A stretch of 64,000 nucleotides of DNA from the human T2T-CHM13v2.0 reference genome, Homo sapiens: assembly GCF_009914755.1 (NCBI RefSeq), contig NC_060948.1; one strand, written 5' to 3'. Below the pieces are notes generated by a model. It did no database searches. It saw only the letters and a program-made list of their open reading frames with translations, and was not told the DNA's origin. The number at the start of each line of letters is the position of its first letter. Positions within the stretch are counted from its first letter, which is position 1. The position numbers and the translations under genes were made by a program. Positions 38,639 through 57,962 of this stretch are shown in pieces.

Positions 38639-40738
38639 AGATCCATATTTTTTAAATGAAAAAAAATTTCAAAGGTACTCTGCTTGGTACAATAATCAAA
38701 TGTATAAACTGAGGAATAAAACATAACCATGAAACCTACTTATAACTGCATATGGAAAATACAGAGGATAATTTTTTAAATAACATATTTTGAAAGCCTT
38801 AACTAGTAATTTGAAGAGTTGGCATTTGAAAGGCCAGTATGAATATACCTTCAAAGCAGCAACACAGGTTCCCCATGAGAAAAAGCAAACACAGGGAAAA
38901 TAAAAACACAAAGGTTCAATCTCTTCTGACCTTTGAAAGACACAGCACAGACAGTGGTCCTTAGGACGAAGAGCAGGAGACCCCTAATTCCGTCACCATG
39001 GCGATAGGGCATAAACATTGCTGGGTGAGGGCACAATCCACATTGTGAGGTCCAACTGCTGCCAGGAAGACAGGAGTGCTTTTACATAGACCGAAAGGTC
39101 ATTGAAGGCTCAGAGTTTTGTTTCAAGAACTGAATCCCAAGCCCACACGTTATTAGGCTGCGCTTCTTAAAACAAGTTATGAGATGGGAAAAAGGGCACC
39201 CACAAACATACGTATACATTATGTATATAATAATATACAGTATCATATATATAATATATATAACCTATGTATAATATTGTTTTACATCCTGCATCTTATG
39301 TTATATATATTGTATAAAATATAATAATTGATAATATATAAGTTTTATAATTATACAATATGACATAGAGTATATATTATAATTTATGACATATATAATA
39401 TATGTTATATATCATATATAGAATATATTATACGGTTAATATACGTATTAAATATAAATTATACATTATATATATTATATATAATATATCTGTTATATAT
39501 AATACCCATTATGCATAATATATATATTATGTCTATGTTATATATAGTATAAAACAACATATAATAATATATAATTGTATATATAAAATGCGACATATAA
39601 TATATATTATATTTTATAACATATGTAATATATATTATATATAATACGTTGTATGTATAATACCTATATTAAATATATATTATATGACTATGTTATTAAT
39701 TACATGTCACATGTGTTATATATTATATATTTTACATAGAATATACCGGTTACATACAATATATACTATGTTACCTATAATGTATAATTTATTACATGTA
39801 AAATAAAGAATGCAATATATTATGTATAATTTATAATATACAATATGTGGAATGTGATATATGTAACATATAATATATGATATATGATATACAGTATATG
39901 ATATATAACATACAATATATGATTCCTAATATATATGGTATACAATATATATTTTATGATATGTATTCTATATGTTTTATATTCTGTTATATATAACTAT
40001 TTGAAATTATATATAACTGTATAATATTTTATGTAAATATGTAATATAATATATATAACTATATAATATATTATATATAACTATATATTATGTTATATAT
40101 ACTTTTATAACATAATTTACATAAAATATCATAATATAATATATATTATAATATTTCATATTACATAATATATATTACATATCACCCAATATAACTAACA
40201 TACATAATATTATAATATAGATTATATTATGTTATATTAAATATCATATATATCATGTATCATATATTCTATAATATATATTACACATTATATAATATGT
40301 ATGTTGTCTATTATGTGATATATATAACTATATATATAATTATATTTTTATACATATAACTGGATAAACATGTAATTCTACATATTTTCATTTATAATAT
40401 GTAGAATTATATAATCATATATAATTATTTATATTCTATAAAAAATTTTATCATTATATAAATTATAATATATAAAAATTATAATATGTACTACAAATAT
40501 ATATATATTATATATCATATATGATATAGTACCTTTGTTATATATCATAATACATATAAATGTGTATTATGTTATCTATAATTATATAATTTCATATATA
40601 AGATGTATAATATGTATCATATATTATATATGTTATGTAATATATATAGTATATATAAGATGACACAGGATAAATATTATATACTATGACATATAAAATA
40701 TATGAGGTTATATGTTACATATAAGGCATAGCACATAA

Positions 40739-41053
<315 letters not shown>

Positions 41054-43176
41054 AGATCCATATTTTTTAAATGAAAAAAAATTTCAAAGGTACTCTGCTT
41101 GGTACAATAATCAAATGTATAAACTGAGGAATAAAACATAACCATGAAACCTACTTATAACTGCATATGGAAAATACAGAGGATAATTTTTTAAATAACA
41201 TATTTTGAAAGCCTTAACTAGTAATTTGAAGAGTTGGCATTTGAAAGGCCAGTATGAATATACCTTCAAAGCAGCAACACAGGTTCCCCATGAGAAAAAG
41301 CAAACACAGGGAAAATAAAAACACAAAGGTTCAATCTCTTCTGACCTTTGAAAGACACAGCACAGACAGTGGTCCTTAGGACGAAGAGCAGGAGACCCCT
41401 AATTCCGTCACCATGGCGATAGGGCATAAACATTGCTGGGTGAGGGCACAATCCACATTGTGAGGTCCAACTGCTGCCAGGAAGACAGGAGTGCTTTTAC
41501 ATAGACCGAAAGGTCATTGAAGGCTCAGAGTTTTGTTTCAAGAACTGAATCCCAAGCCCACACGTTATTAGGCTGCGCTTCTTAAAACAAGTTATGAGAT
41601 GGGAAAAAGGGCACCCACAAACATACGTATACATTATGTATATAATAATATACAGTATCATATATATAATATATATAACCTATGTATAATATTGTTTTAC
41701 ATCCTGCATCTTATGTTATATATATTGTATAAAATATAATAATTGATAATATATAAGTTTTATAATTATACAATATGACATAGAGTATATATTATAATTT
41801 ATGACATATATAATATATGTTATATATCATATATAGAATATATTATACGGTTAATATACGTATTAAATATAAATTATACATTATATATATTATATATAAT
41901 ATATCTGTTATATATAATACCCATTATGCATAATATATATATTATGTCTATGTTATATATAGTATAAAACAACATATAATAATATATAATTGTATATATA
42001 AAATGCGACATATAATATATATTATATTTTATAACATATGTAATATATATTATATATAATACGTTGTATGTATAATACCTATATTAAATATATATTATAT
42101 GACTATGTTATTAATTACATGTCACATGTGTTATATATTATATATTTTACATAGAATATACCGGTTACATACAATATATACTATGTTACCTATAATGTAT
42201 AATTTATTACATGTAAAATAAAGAATGCAATATATTATGTATAATTTATAATATACAATATGTGGAATGTGATATATGTAACATATAATATATGATATAT
42301 GATATACAGTATATGATATATAACATACAATATATGATTCCTAATATATATGGTATACAATATATATTTTATGATATGTATTCTATATGTTTTATATTCT
42401 GTTATATATAACTATTTGAAATTATATATAACTGTATAATATTTTATGTAAATATGTAATATAATATATATAACTATATAATATATTATATATAACTATA
42501 TATTATGTTATATATACTTTTATAACATAATTTACATAAAATATCATAATATAATATATATTATAATATTTCATATTACATAATATATATTACATATCAC
42601 CCAATATAACTAACATACATAATATTATAATATAGATTATATTATGTTATATTAAATATCATATATATCATGTATCATATATTCTATAATATATATTACA
42701 CATTATATAATATGTATGTTGTCTATTATGTGATATATATAACTATATATATAATTATATTTTTATACATATAACTGGATAAACATGTAATTCTACATAT
42801 TTTCATTTATAATATGTAGAATTATATAATCATATATAATTATTTATATTCTATAAAAAATTTTATCATTATATAAATTATAATATATAAAAATTATAAT
42901 ATGTACTACAAATATATATATATTATATATCATATATGATATAGTACCTTTGTTATATATCATAATACATATAAATGTGTATTATGTTATCTATAATTAT
43001 ATAATTTCATATATAAGATGTATAATATGTATCATATATTATATATGTTATGTAATATATATAGTATATATAAGATGACACAGGATAAATATTAAATACT
43101 GTGACATATAAAATATATGAGGTTATATGTTACATATAAGGCATAGCACATAACATGTAATATATATCATGTATAA

Positions 43177-43468
43177 TTTTTTTTTTGACAGAATCTTGTC
43201 CTGTTGCACACGGTGGGGTACAATGGCGCCATCTTTGCTCACTGCAACTTCTGCCTCACGGGTCCAAGCGATTGTCCTCCCTCAGCCTCCCAGGTAGCTG
43301 GGACTACACCACACTGGGACTACACCAGCTGCCACCATGCCTAGCTAATTTTTTGGATTTTTAGTATTGACAGCGTTTCACTGTATTGGCCAGGATGGTC
43401 TTGATCTCTTCACCTTGTGATTCCCTTGCCTTGGCCTCCAAATTTGCTGGGATTACAGGCCTGAGCCA
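43177..43468 (-). mobile_element. Alu copy, U18
   Basis: Same Alu as 2063-2354. Confidence 0.93.
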
Positions 43469-45573
43469 AGATCCATAATTTTTAAATGAAAAAAAATTTC
43501 AAAGGTACTCTGCTTGGTACAATAATCAAATGTATAAACTGAGGAATAAAACATAACCATGAAACCTACTTATAACTGCATATGGAAAATACAGAGGATA
43601 ATTTTTTAAATAACATATTTTGAAAGCCTTAACTAGTAATTTGAAGAGTTGGCATTTGAAAGGCCAGTATGAATATACCTTCAAAGCAGCAACACAGGTT
43701 CCCCATGAGAAAAAGCAAACAAAGGGAAAATAAAAACACAAAGGTTCAATCTCTTCTGACCTTTGAAAGACACAGCACAGACAGTGGTCCTTAGGACGAA
43801 GAGCAGGAGACCCCTAATTCCGTCACCATGGCGATAGGGCATAAACATTGCTGGGTGAGGGCACAATCCACATTGTGAGGTCCAACTGCTGCCAGGAAGA
43901 CAGGAGTGCTTTTACATAGACCGAAAGGTCATTGAAGGCTCAGAGTTTTGTTTCAAGAACTGAATCCCAAGCCCACACGTTATTAGGCTGCGCTTCTTAA
44001 AACAAGTTATGAGATGGGAAAAAGGGCACCCACAAACATACGTATACATTATGTATATAATAATATACAGTATCATATATATAGTATATATAACCTATGT
44101 ATAATATTGTTTTACATCCTGCATCCTATGTTATATATATTGTATAAAATATAATAATTGATAATATATAAGCTGTATAATTATACAATATGACATATAG
44201 TATATATTATAAATTATGACATATATAATATATGTTATATATCATATATAGAATATATTATACGGTTAATATACGTATTAAATATAAATTATACATTATA
44301 TATATTATATATAATATATCTGTTATATATAATACCCATTATGCATAATATATATATTATGTCTATGTTATTTATAGTATAAAACAACATATAATAATAT
44401 ATAATTGTATATATAAAATGCGACATATAATATATATTATATTTTATAACATATGTAATATATATTATATATTATATATAATACGTTGTATGTATAATAC
44501 CTATATTAAATATATATTATATGACTATGTTATTAATTACATGTCACATGTGTTATATATTATATATTTTACATAGAATATACCGGTTACATACAATATA
44601 TACTATGTTACCTATAATGTATAATTTATTACATGTAAAATAAAGAATGCAATATATTATGTAAAATTTATAATATACAATATGTGGAATGTGATATATA
44701 TAACATATAATATATGATATATGATATACAGTATATGATATATAACATACAATATATGATTCCTAATATATATGGTATACAATATATATTTTATGATATG
44801 TATTCTATATGTTTTATATTCTGTTATATATAACTATTTGAAATTATATATAACTGTATAATATTTTATGTAAATATGAAATATAATATATATAACTATA
44901 TAATATATTATATATAACTATATATTATGTTATATATACTTTTATAACATAATTTACATAAAATATCATAATATAATATATATTATATTATTTCATATTA
45001 CATAATATATGTTACATATCACCCAATATAACTAACATACATAATATTATAATATAGATTATATTATGTTATATTAAATATCATATATATCATGTATCAT
45101 ATATTCTATAATATATATTACACATTATATAATATGTATGTTGTCTATTATGTGATATATATAACTATATATATAATTATATTTTTATACATATAACTAG
45201 ATAAACATGTAATTCTACATATTTTCATTTATAATATGTAGAATTATATAATCATATATAATTATTTATATTCTATAAAAAATTTTATCATTATATAAAT
45301 TATAATATATAAAAATTATAATATGTACTACAAATATATATATTATATATCATATATGATATAGTACCTTTGTTATATATCATAATACATATAAATGTGT
45401 ATTATGTTATCTATAATTATATAATTTCATATATAAGATGTATAATATGTATCATATATTATAGATGTTATGTAATATATATAGTATATATAAGATGACA
45501 CAGGATAAATATTATATACTATGACATATAAAATATATGAGGTTATATGTTACATATAAGGCATAGCACATAA

Positions 45574-45888
<315 letters not shown>

Positions 45889-47981
45889 AGATCCATATTT
45901 TTTAAATGAAAAAAAATTTCAAAGGTACTCTGCTTGGTACAATAATCAAATGTATAAACTGAGGAATAAAACATAACCATGAAACCTACTTATAACTGCA
46001 TATGGAAAATACAGAGGATAATTTTTTAAATAACATATTTTGAAAGCCTTAACTAGTAATTTGAAGAGTTGGCATTTGAAAGGCCAGTATGAATATACCT
46101 TCAAAGCAGCAACACAGGTTCCCCATGAGAAAAAGCAAACACAGGGAAAATAAAAACACAAAGGTTCAATCTCTTCTGACCTTTGAAAGACACAGCACAG
46201 ACAGTGGTCCTTAGGACGAAGAGCAGGAGACCCCTAATTCCGTCACCATGGCGATAGGGCATAAACATTGCTGGGTGAGGGCACAATCCACATTGTGAGG
46301 TCCAACTGCTGCCAGGAAGACAGGAGTGCTTTTACATAGACCGAAAGGTCATTGAAGGCTCAGAGTTTTGTTTCAAGAACTGAATCCCAAGCCCACACGT
46401 TATTAGGCTGCGCTTCTTAAAACAAGTTATGAGATGGGAAAAAGGGCACCCACAAACATACGTATACATTATGTATATAATAATATACAGTATCATATAT
46501 ATAATATATATAACCTATGTATAATATTGTTTTACATCCTGCATCTTATGTTATATATATTGTATAAAATATAATAATTGATAATATATAAGTTTTATAA
46601 TTATACAATATGACATAGAGTATATATTATAATTTATGACATATATAATATATGTTATATATCATATATAGAATATATTATACGGTTAATATACGTATTA
46701 AATATAAATTATACATTATATATATTATATATAATATATCTGTTATATATAATACCCATTATGCATAATATATATATTATGTCTATGTTATATATAGTAT
46801 AAAACAACATATAATAATATATAATTGTATATATAAAATGCGACATATAATATATATTATATTTTATAACATATGTAATATATATTATATATAATACGTT
46901 GTATGTATAATACCTATATTAAATATATATTATATGACTATGTTATTATTTACATGTCACATGTGTTATATATTATATATTTTACATAGAATATACCGGT
47001 TACATACAATATATACTATGTTACCTATAATGTATAATTTATTACATGTAAAATAAAGAATGCAATATATTATGTATAATTTATAATATACAATATGTGG
47101 AATGTGATATATGTAACATATAATATATGATATATGATATACAGTATATGATATACAATATATGATTCCTAATATATATGGTATACAATATATATTTTAT
47201 GATATGTATTCTATATGTTTTATATTCTGTTATATATAACTATTTGAAATTATATATAACTGTATAATATTTTATGTAAATATGTAATATAATATATATA
47301 ACTATATAATATATTATATATAACTATATATTATGTTATATATACTTTTATAACATAATTTACATAAAATATCATAATATAATATATATTATAATATTTC
47401 ATATTACATAATATATATTACATATCACCCAATATAACTAACATACATAATATTATAATATAGATTATATTATGTTATATTAAATATCATATATATCATG
47501 TATCATATATTCTATAATATATATTACACATTATATAATATGTATGTTGTCTATTATGTGATATATATAACTATATATATAATTATATTTTTATACATAT
47601 AACTGGATAAACATGTAATTCTACATATTTTCATTTATAATATGTAGAATTATATAATCATATATAATTATTTATATTCTATAAAAAATTTTATCATTAT
47701 ATAAATTATAATATATAAAAATTATAATATGTACTACAAATATATATATATTATATATCATATATGATATAGTACCTTTGTTATATATCATAATACATAT
47801 AAATGTGTATTATGTTATCTATAATTATATAATTTCATATATAAGATGTATAATATGTATCATATATTATATATGTTATGTAATATATATAGTATATATA
47901 AGATGACACAGGATAAATATTATATACTATGACATATAAAATATATGAGGTTATATGTTACATATAAGGCATAGCACATAA

Positions 47982-48296
<315 letters not shown>

Positions 48297-50403
48297 AGAT
48301 CCATATTTTTTAAATGAAAAAAAATTTCAAAGGTACTCTGCTTGGTACAATAATCAAATGTATAAACTGAGGAATAAAACATAACCATGAAACCTACTTA
48401 TAACTGCATATGGAAAATACAGAGGATAATTTTTTAAATAACATATTTTGAAAGCCTTAACTAGTAATTTGAAGAGTTGGCATTTGAAAGGCCAGTATGA
48501 ATATACCTTCAAAGCAGCAACACAGGTTCCCCATGAGAAAAAGCAAACAAAGGGAAAATAAAAACACAAAGGTTCAATCTCTTCTGACCTTTGAAAGACA
48601 CAGCACAGACAGTGGTCCTTAGGACGAAGAGCAGGAGACCCCTAATTCCGTCACCATGGCGATAGGGCATAAACATTGCTGGGTGAGGGCACAATCCACA
48701 TTGTGAGGTCCAACTGCTGCCAGGAAGACAGGAGTGCTTTTACATAGACCGAAAGGTCATTGAAGGCTCAGAGTTTTGTTTCAAGAACTGAATCCCAAGC
48801 CCACACGTTATTAGGCTGCGCTTCTTAAAACAAGTTATGAGATGGGAAAAAGGGCACCCACAAACATACGTATACATTATGTATATAATAATATACAGTA
48901 TCATATATATAATATATATAACCTATGTATAATATTGTTTTACATCCTGCATCCTATGTTATATATATTGTATAAAATATAATAATTGATAATATATAAG
49001 CTGTATAATTATACAATATGACATATAGTATATATTATAAATTATGACATATATAATATATGTTATATATCATATATAGAATATATTATACGGTTAATAT
49101 ACGTATTAAATATAAATTATACATTATATATATTATATATAATATATCTGTTATATATAATACCCATTATGCATAATATATATATTATGTCTATGTTATT
49201 TATAGTATAAAACAACATATAATAATATATAATTGTATATATAAAATGCGACATATAATATATATTATATTTTATAACATATGTAATATATATTATATAT
49301 TATATATAATACGTTGTATGTATAATACCTATATTAAATATATATTATATGACTATGTTATTAATTACATGTCACATGTGTTATATATTATATATTTTAC
49401 ATAGAATATACCGGTTACATACAATATATACTATGTTACCTATAATGTATAATTTATTACATGTAAAATAAAGAATGCAATATATTATGTAAAATTTATA
49501 ATATACAATATGTGGAATGTGATATATATAACATATAATATATGATATATGATATACAGTATATGATATATAACATACAATATATGATTCCTAATATATA
49601 TGGTATACAATATATATTTTATGATATGTATTCTATATGTTTTATATTCTGTTATATATAACTATTTGAAATTATATATAACTGTATAATATTTTATGTA
49701 AATATGAAATATAATATATATAACTATATAATATATTATATATAACTATATATTATGTTATATATACTTTTATAACATAATTTACATAAAATATCATAAT
49801 ATAATATATATTATATTATTTCATATTACATAATATATGTTACATATCACCCAATATAACTAACATACATAATATTATAATATAGATTATATTATGTTAT
49901 ATTAAATATCATATATATCATGTATCATATATTCTATAATATATATTACACATTATATAATATGTATGTTGTCTATTATGTGATATATATAACTATATAT
50001 ATAATTATATTTTTATACATATAACTGGATAAACATGTAATTCTACATATTTTCATTTATAATATGTAGAATTATATAATCATATATAATTATTTATATT
50101 CTATAAAAAATTTTATCATTATATAAATTATAATATATAAAAATTATAATATGTACTACAAATATATATATATTATATATCATATATGATATAGTACCTT
50201 TGTTATATATCATAATACATATAAATGTGTATTATGTTATCTATAATTATATAATTTCATATATAAGATGTATAATATGTATCATATATTATATATGTTA
50301 TGTAATATATATAGTATATATAAGATGACACAGGATAAATATTATATACTATGACATATAAAATATATGAGGTTATATGTTACATATAAGGCATAGCACA
50401 TAA

Positions 50404-50718
<315 letters not shown>

Positions 50719-52818
50719 AGATCCATATTTTTTAAATGAAAAAAAATTTCAAAGGTACTCTGCTTGGTACAATAATCAAATGTATAAACTGAGGAATAAA
50801 ACATAACCATGAAACCTACTTATAACTGCATATGGAAAATACAGAGGATAATTTTTTAAATAACATATTTTGAAAGCCTTAACTAGTAATTTGAAGAGTT
50901 GGCATTTGAAAGGCCAGTATGAATATACCTTCAAAGCAGCAACACAGGTTCCCCATGAGAAAAAGCAAACACAGGGAAAATAAAAACACAAAGGTTCAAT
51001 CTCTTCTGACCTTTGAAAGACACAGCACAGACAGTGGTCCTTAGGACGAAGAGCAGGAGACCCCTAATTCCGTCACCATGGCGATAGGGCATAAACATTG
51101 CTGGGTGAGGGCACAATCCACATTGTGAGGTCCAACTGCTGCCAGGAAGACAGGAGTGCTTTTACATAGACCGAAAGGTCATTGAAGGCTCAGAGTTTTG
51201 TTTCAAGAACTGAATCCCAAGCCCACACGTTATTAGGCTGCGCTTCTTAAAACAAGTTATGAGATGGGAAAAAGGGCACCCACAAACATACGTATACATT
51301 ATGTATATAATAATATACAGTATCATATATATAATATATATAACCTATGTATAATATTGTTTTACATCCTGCATCTTATGTTATATATATTGTATAAAAT
51401 ATAATAATTGATAATATATAAGTTTTATAATTATACAATATGACATAGAGTATATATTATAATTTATGACATATATAATATATGTTATATATCATATATA
51501 GAATATATTATACGGTTAATATACGTATTAAATATAAATTATACATTATATATATTATATATAATATATCTGTTATATATAATACCCATTATGCATAATA
51601 TATATATTATGTCTATGTTATATATAGTATAAAACAACATATAATAATATATAATTGTATATATAAAATGCGACATATAATATATATTATATTTTATAAC
51701 ATATGTAATATATATTATATATAATACGTTGTATGTATAATACCTATATTAAATATATATTATATGACTATGTTATTAATTACATGTCACATGTGTTATA
51801 TATTATATATTTTACATAGAATATACCGGTTACATACAATATATACTATGTTACCTATAATGTATAATTTATTACATGTAAAATAAAGAATGCAATATAT
51901 TATGTATAATTTATAATATACAATATGTGGAATGTGATATATGTAACATATAATATATGATATATGATATACAGTATATGATATATAACATACAATATAT
52001 GATTCCTAATATATATGGTATACAATATATATTTTATGATATGTATTCTATATGTTTTATATTCTGTTTTATATAACTATTTGAAATTATATATAACTGT
52101 ATAATATTTTATGTAAATATGTAATATAATATATATAACTATATAATATATTATATATAACTATATATTATGTTATATATACTTTTATAACATAATTTAC
52201 ATAAAATATCATAATATAATATATATTATAATATTTCATATTACATAATATATGTTACATATCACCCAATATAACTAACATACATAATATTATAATATAG
52301 ATTATATTATGTTATATTAAATATCATATATATCATGTATCATATATTCTATAATATATATTACACATTATATAATATGTATGTTGTCTATTATGTGATA
52401 TATATAACTATATATATAATTATATTTTTATACATATAACTGGATAAACATGTAATTCTACATATTTTCATTTATAATATGTAGAATTATATAATCATAT
52501 ATAATTATTTATATTCTATAAAAAATTTTATCATTATATAAATTATAATATATAAAAATTATAATATGTACTACAAATATATATATATTATATATCATAT
52601 ATGATATAGTACCTTTGTTATATATCATAATACATATAAATGTGTATTATGTTATCTATAATTATATAATTTCATATATAAGATGTATAATATGTATCAT
52701 ATATTATATATGTTATGTAATATATATAGTATATATAAGATGACACAGGATAAATATTATATACTATGACATATAAAATATATGAGGTTATATGTTACAT
52801 ATAAGGCATAGCACATAA

Positions 52819-53133
<315 letters not shown>

Positions 53134-55232
53134 AGATCCATATTTTTTAAATGAAAAAAAATTTCAAAGGTACTCTGCTTGGTACAATAATCAAATGTAT
53201 AAACTGAGGAATAAAACATAACCATGAAACCTACTTATAACTGCATATGGAAAATACAGAGGATAATTTTTTAAATAACATATTTTGAAAGCCTTAACTA
53301 GTAATTTGAAGAGTTGGCATTTGAAAGGCCAGTATGAATATACCTTCAAAGCAGCAACACAGGTTCCCCATGAGAAAAAGCAAACACAGGGAAAATAAAA
53401 ACACAAAGGTTCAATCTCTTCTGACCTTTGAAAGACACAGCACAGACAGTGGTCCTTAGGACGAAGAGCAGGAGACCCCTAATTCCGTCACCATGGCGAT
53501 AGGGCATAAACATTGCTGGGTGAGGGCACAATCCACATTGTGAGGTCCAACTGCTGCCAGGAAGACAGGAGTGCTTTTACATAGACCGAAAGGTCATTGA
53601 AGGCTCAGAGTTTTGTTTCAAGAACTGAATCCCAAGCCCACACGTTATTAGGCTGCGCTTCTTAAAACAAGTTATGAGATGGGAAAAAGGGCACCCACAA
53701 ACATACGTATACATTATGTATATCATAATATACAGTATCATATATATAATATATATAACCTATGTATAATATTGTTTTACATCCTGCATCTTATGTTATA
53801 TATATTGTATAAAATATAATAATTGATAATATATAAGTTTTATAATTATACAATATGACATAGAGTATATATTATAATTTATGACATATATAATATATGT
53901 TATATATCATATATAGAATATATTATACGGTTAATATACGTATTAAATATAAATTATACATTATATATATTATATATAATATATCTGTTATATATAATAC
54001 CCATTATGCATAATATATATATTATGTCTATGTTATATATAGTATAAAACAACATATAATAATATATAATTGTATATATAAAATGCGACATATAATATAT
54101 ATTATATTTTATAACATATGTAATATATATTATATATAATACGTTGTATGTATAATACCTATATTAAATATATATTATATGACTATGTTATTAATTACAT
54201 GTCACATGTGTTATATATTATATATTTACATAGAATATACCGGTTACATACAATATATACTATGTTACCTATAATGTATAATTTATTACATGTAAAATAA
54301 AGAATGCAATATATTATGTATAATTTATAATATACAATATGTGGAATGTGATATATGTAACATATAATATATGATATATGATATACAGTATATGATATAT
54401 AACATACAATATATGATTCCTAATATATATGGTATACAATATATATTTTATGATATGTATTCTATATGTTTTATATTCTGTTATATATAACTATTTGAAA
54501 TTATATATAACTGTATAATATTTTATGTAAATATGTAATATAATATATATAACTATATAATATATTATATATAACTATATATTATGTTATATATACTTTT
54601 ATAACATAATTTACATAAAATATCATAATATAATATATATTATAATATTTCATATTACATAATATATATTACATATCACCCAATATAACTAACATACATA
54701 ATATTATAATATAGATTATATTATGTTATATTAAATATCATATATATCATGTATCATATATTCTATAATATATATTACACATTATATAATATGTATGTTG
54801 TCTATTATGTGATATATATAACTATATATATAATTATATTTTTATACATATAACTGGATAAACATGTAATTCTACATATTTTCATTTATAATATGTAGAA
54901 TTATATAATCATATATAATTATTTATATTCTATAAAAAATTTTATCATTATATAAATTATAATATATAAAAATTATAATATGTACTACAAATATATATAT
55001 ATTATATATCATATATGATATAGTACCTTTGTTATATATCATAATACATATAAATGTGTATTATGTTATCTATAATTATATAATTTCATATATAAGATGT
55101 ATAATATGTATCATATATTATATATGTTATGTAATATATATAGTATATATAAGATGACACAGGATAAATATTATATACTATGACATATAAAATATATGAG
55201 GTTATATGTTACATATAAGGCATAGCACATAA

Positions 55233-55547
<315 letters not shown>

Positions 55548-57647
55548 AGATCCATATTTTTTAAATGAAAAAAAATTTCAAAGGTACTCTGCTTGGTACA
55601 ATAATCAAATGTATAAACTGAGGAATAAAACATAACCATGAAACCTACTTATAACTGCATATGGAAAATACAGAGGATAATTTTTTAAATAACATATTTT
55701 GAAAGCCTTAACTAGTAATTTGAAGAGTTGGCATTTGAAAGGCCAGTATGAATATACCTTCAAAGCAGCAACACAGGTTCCCCATGAGAAAAAGCAAACA
55801 CAGGGAAAATAAAAACACAAAGGTTCAATCTCTTCTGACCTTTGAAAGACACAGCACAGACAGTGGTCCTTAGGACGAAGAGCAGGAGACCCCTAATTCC
55901 GTCACCATGGCGATAGGGCATAAACATTGCTGGGTGAGGGCACAATCCACATTGTGAGGTCCAACTGCTGCCAGGAAGACAGGAGTGCTTTTACATAGAC
56001 CGAAAGGTCATTGAAGGCTCAGAGTTTTGTTTCAAGAACTGAATCCCAAGCCCACACGTTATTAGGCTGCGCTTCTTAAAACAAGTTATGAGATGGGAAA
56101 AAGGGCACCCACAAACATACGTATACATTATGTATATAATAATATACAGTATCATATATATAATATATATAACCTATGTATAATATTGTTTTACATCCTG
56201 CATCTTATGTTATATATATTGTATAAAATATAATAATTGATAATATATAAGTTTTATAATTATACAATATGACATAGAGTATATATTATAATTTATGACA
56301 TATATAATATATGTTATATATCATATATAGAATATATTATACGGTTAATATACGTATTAAATATAAATTATACATTATATATATTATATATAATATATCT
56401 GTTATATATAATACCCATTATGCATAATATATATATTATGTCTATGTTATATATAGTATAAAACAACATATAATAATATATAATTGTATATATAAAATGC
56501 GACATATAATATATATTATATTTTATAACATATGTAATATATATTATATATAATACGTTGTATGTATAATACCTATATTAAATATATATTATATGACTAT
56601 GTTATTAATTACATGTCACATGTGTTATATATTATATATTTTACATAGAATATACCGGTTACATACAATATATACTATGTTACCTATAATGTATAATTTA
56701 TTACATGTAAAATAAAGAATGCAATATATTATGTATAATTTATAATATACAATATGTGGAATGTGATATATGTAACATATAATATATGATATATGATATA
56801 CAGTATATGATATATAACATACAATATATGATTCCTAATATATATGGTATACAATATATATTTTATGATATGTATTCTATATGTTTTATATTCTGTTATA
56901 TATAACTATTTGAAATTATATATAACTGTATAATATTTTATGTAAATATGTAATATAATATATATAACTATATAATATATTATATATAACTATATATTAT
57001 GTTATATATACTTTTATAACATAATTTACATAAAATATCATAATATAATATATATTATAATATTTCATATTACATAATATATGTTACATATCACCCAATA
57101 TAACTAACATACATAATATTATAATATAGATTATATTATGTTATATTAAATATCATATATATCATGTATCATATATTCTATAATATATATTACACATTAT
57201 ATAATATGTATGTTGTCTATTATGTGATATATATAACTATATATATAATTATATTTTTATACATATAACTGGATAAACATGTAATTCTACATATTTTCAT
57301 TTATAATATGTAGAATTATATAATCATATATAATTATTTATATTCTATAAAAAATTTTATCATTATATAAATTATAATATATAAAAATTATAATATGTAC
57401 TACAAATATATATATATTATATATCATATATGATATAGTACCTTTGTTATATATCATAATACATATAAATGTGTATTATGTTATCTATAATTATATAATT
57501 TCATATATAAGATGTATAATATGTATCATATATTATATATGTTATGTAATATATATAGTATATATAAGATGACACAGGATAAATATTATATACTATGACA
57601 TATAAAATATATGAGGTTATATGTTACATATAAGGCATAGCACATAA

Positions 57648-57962
<315 letters not shown>

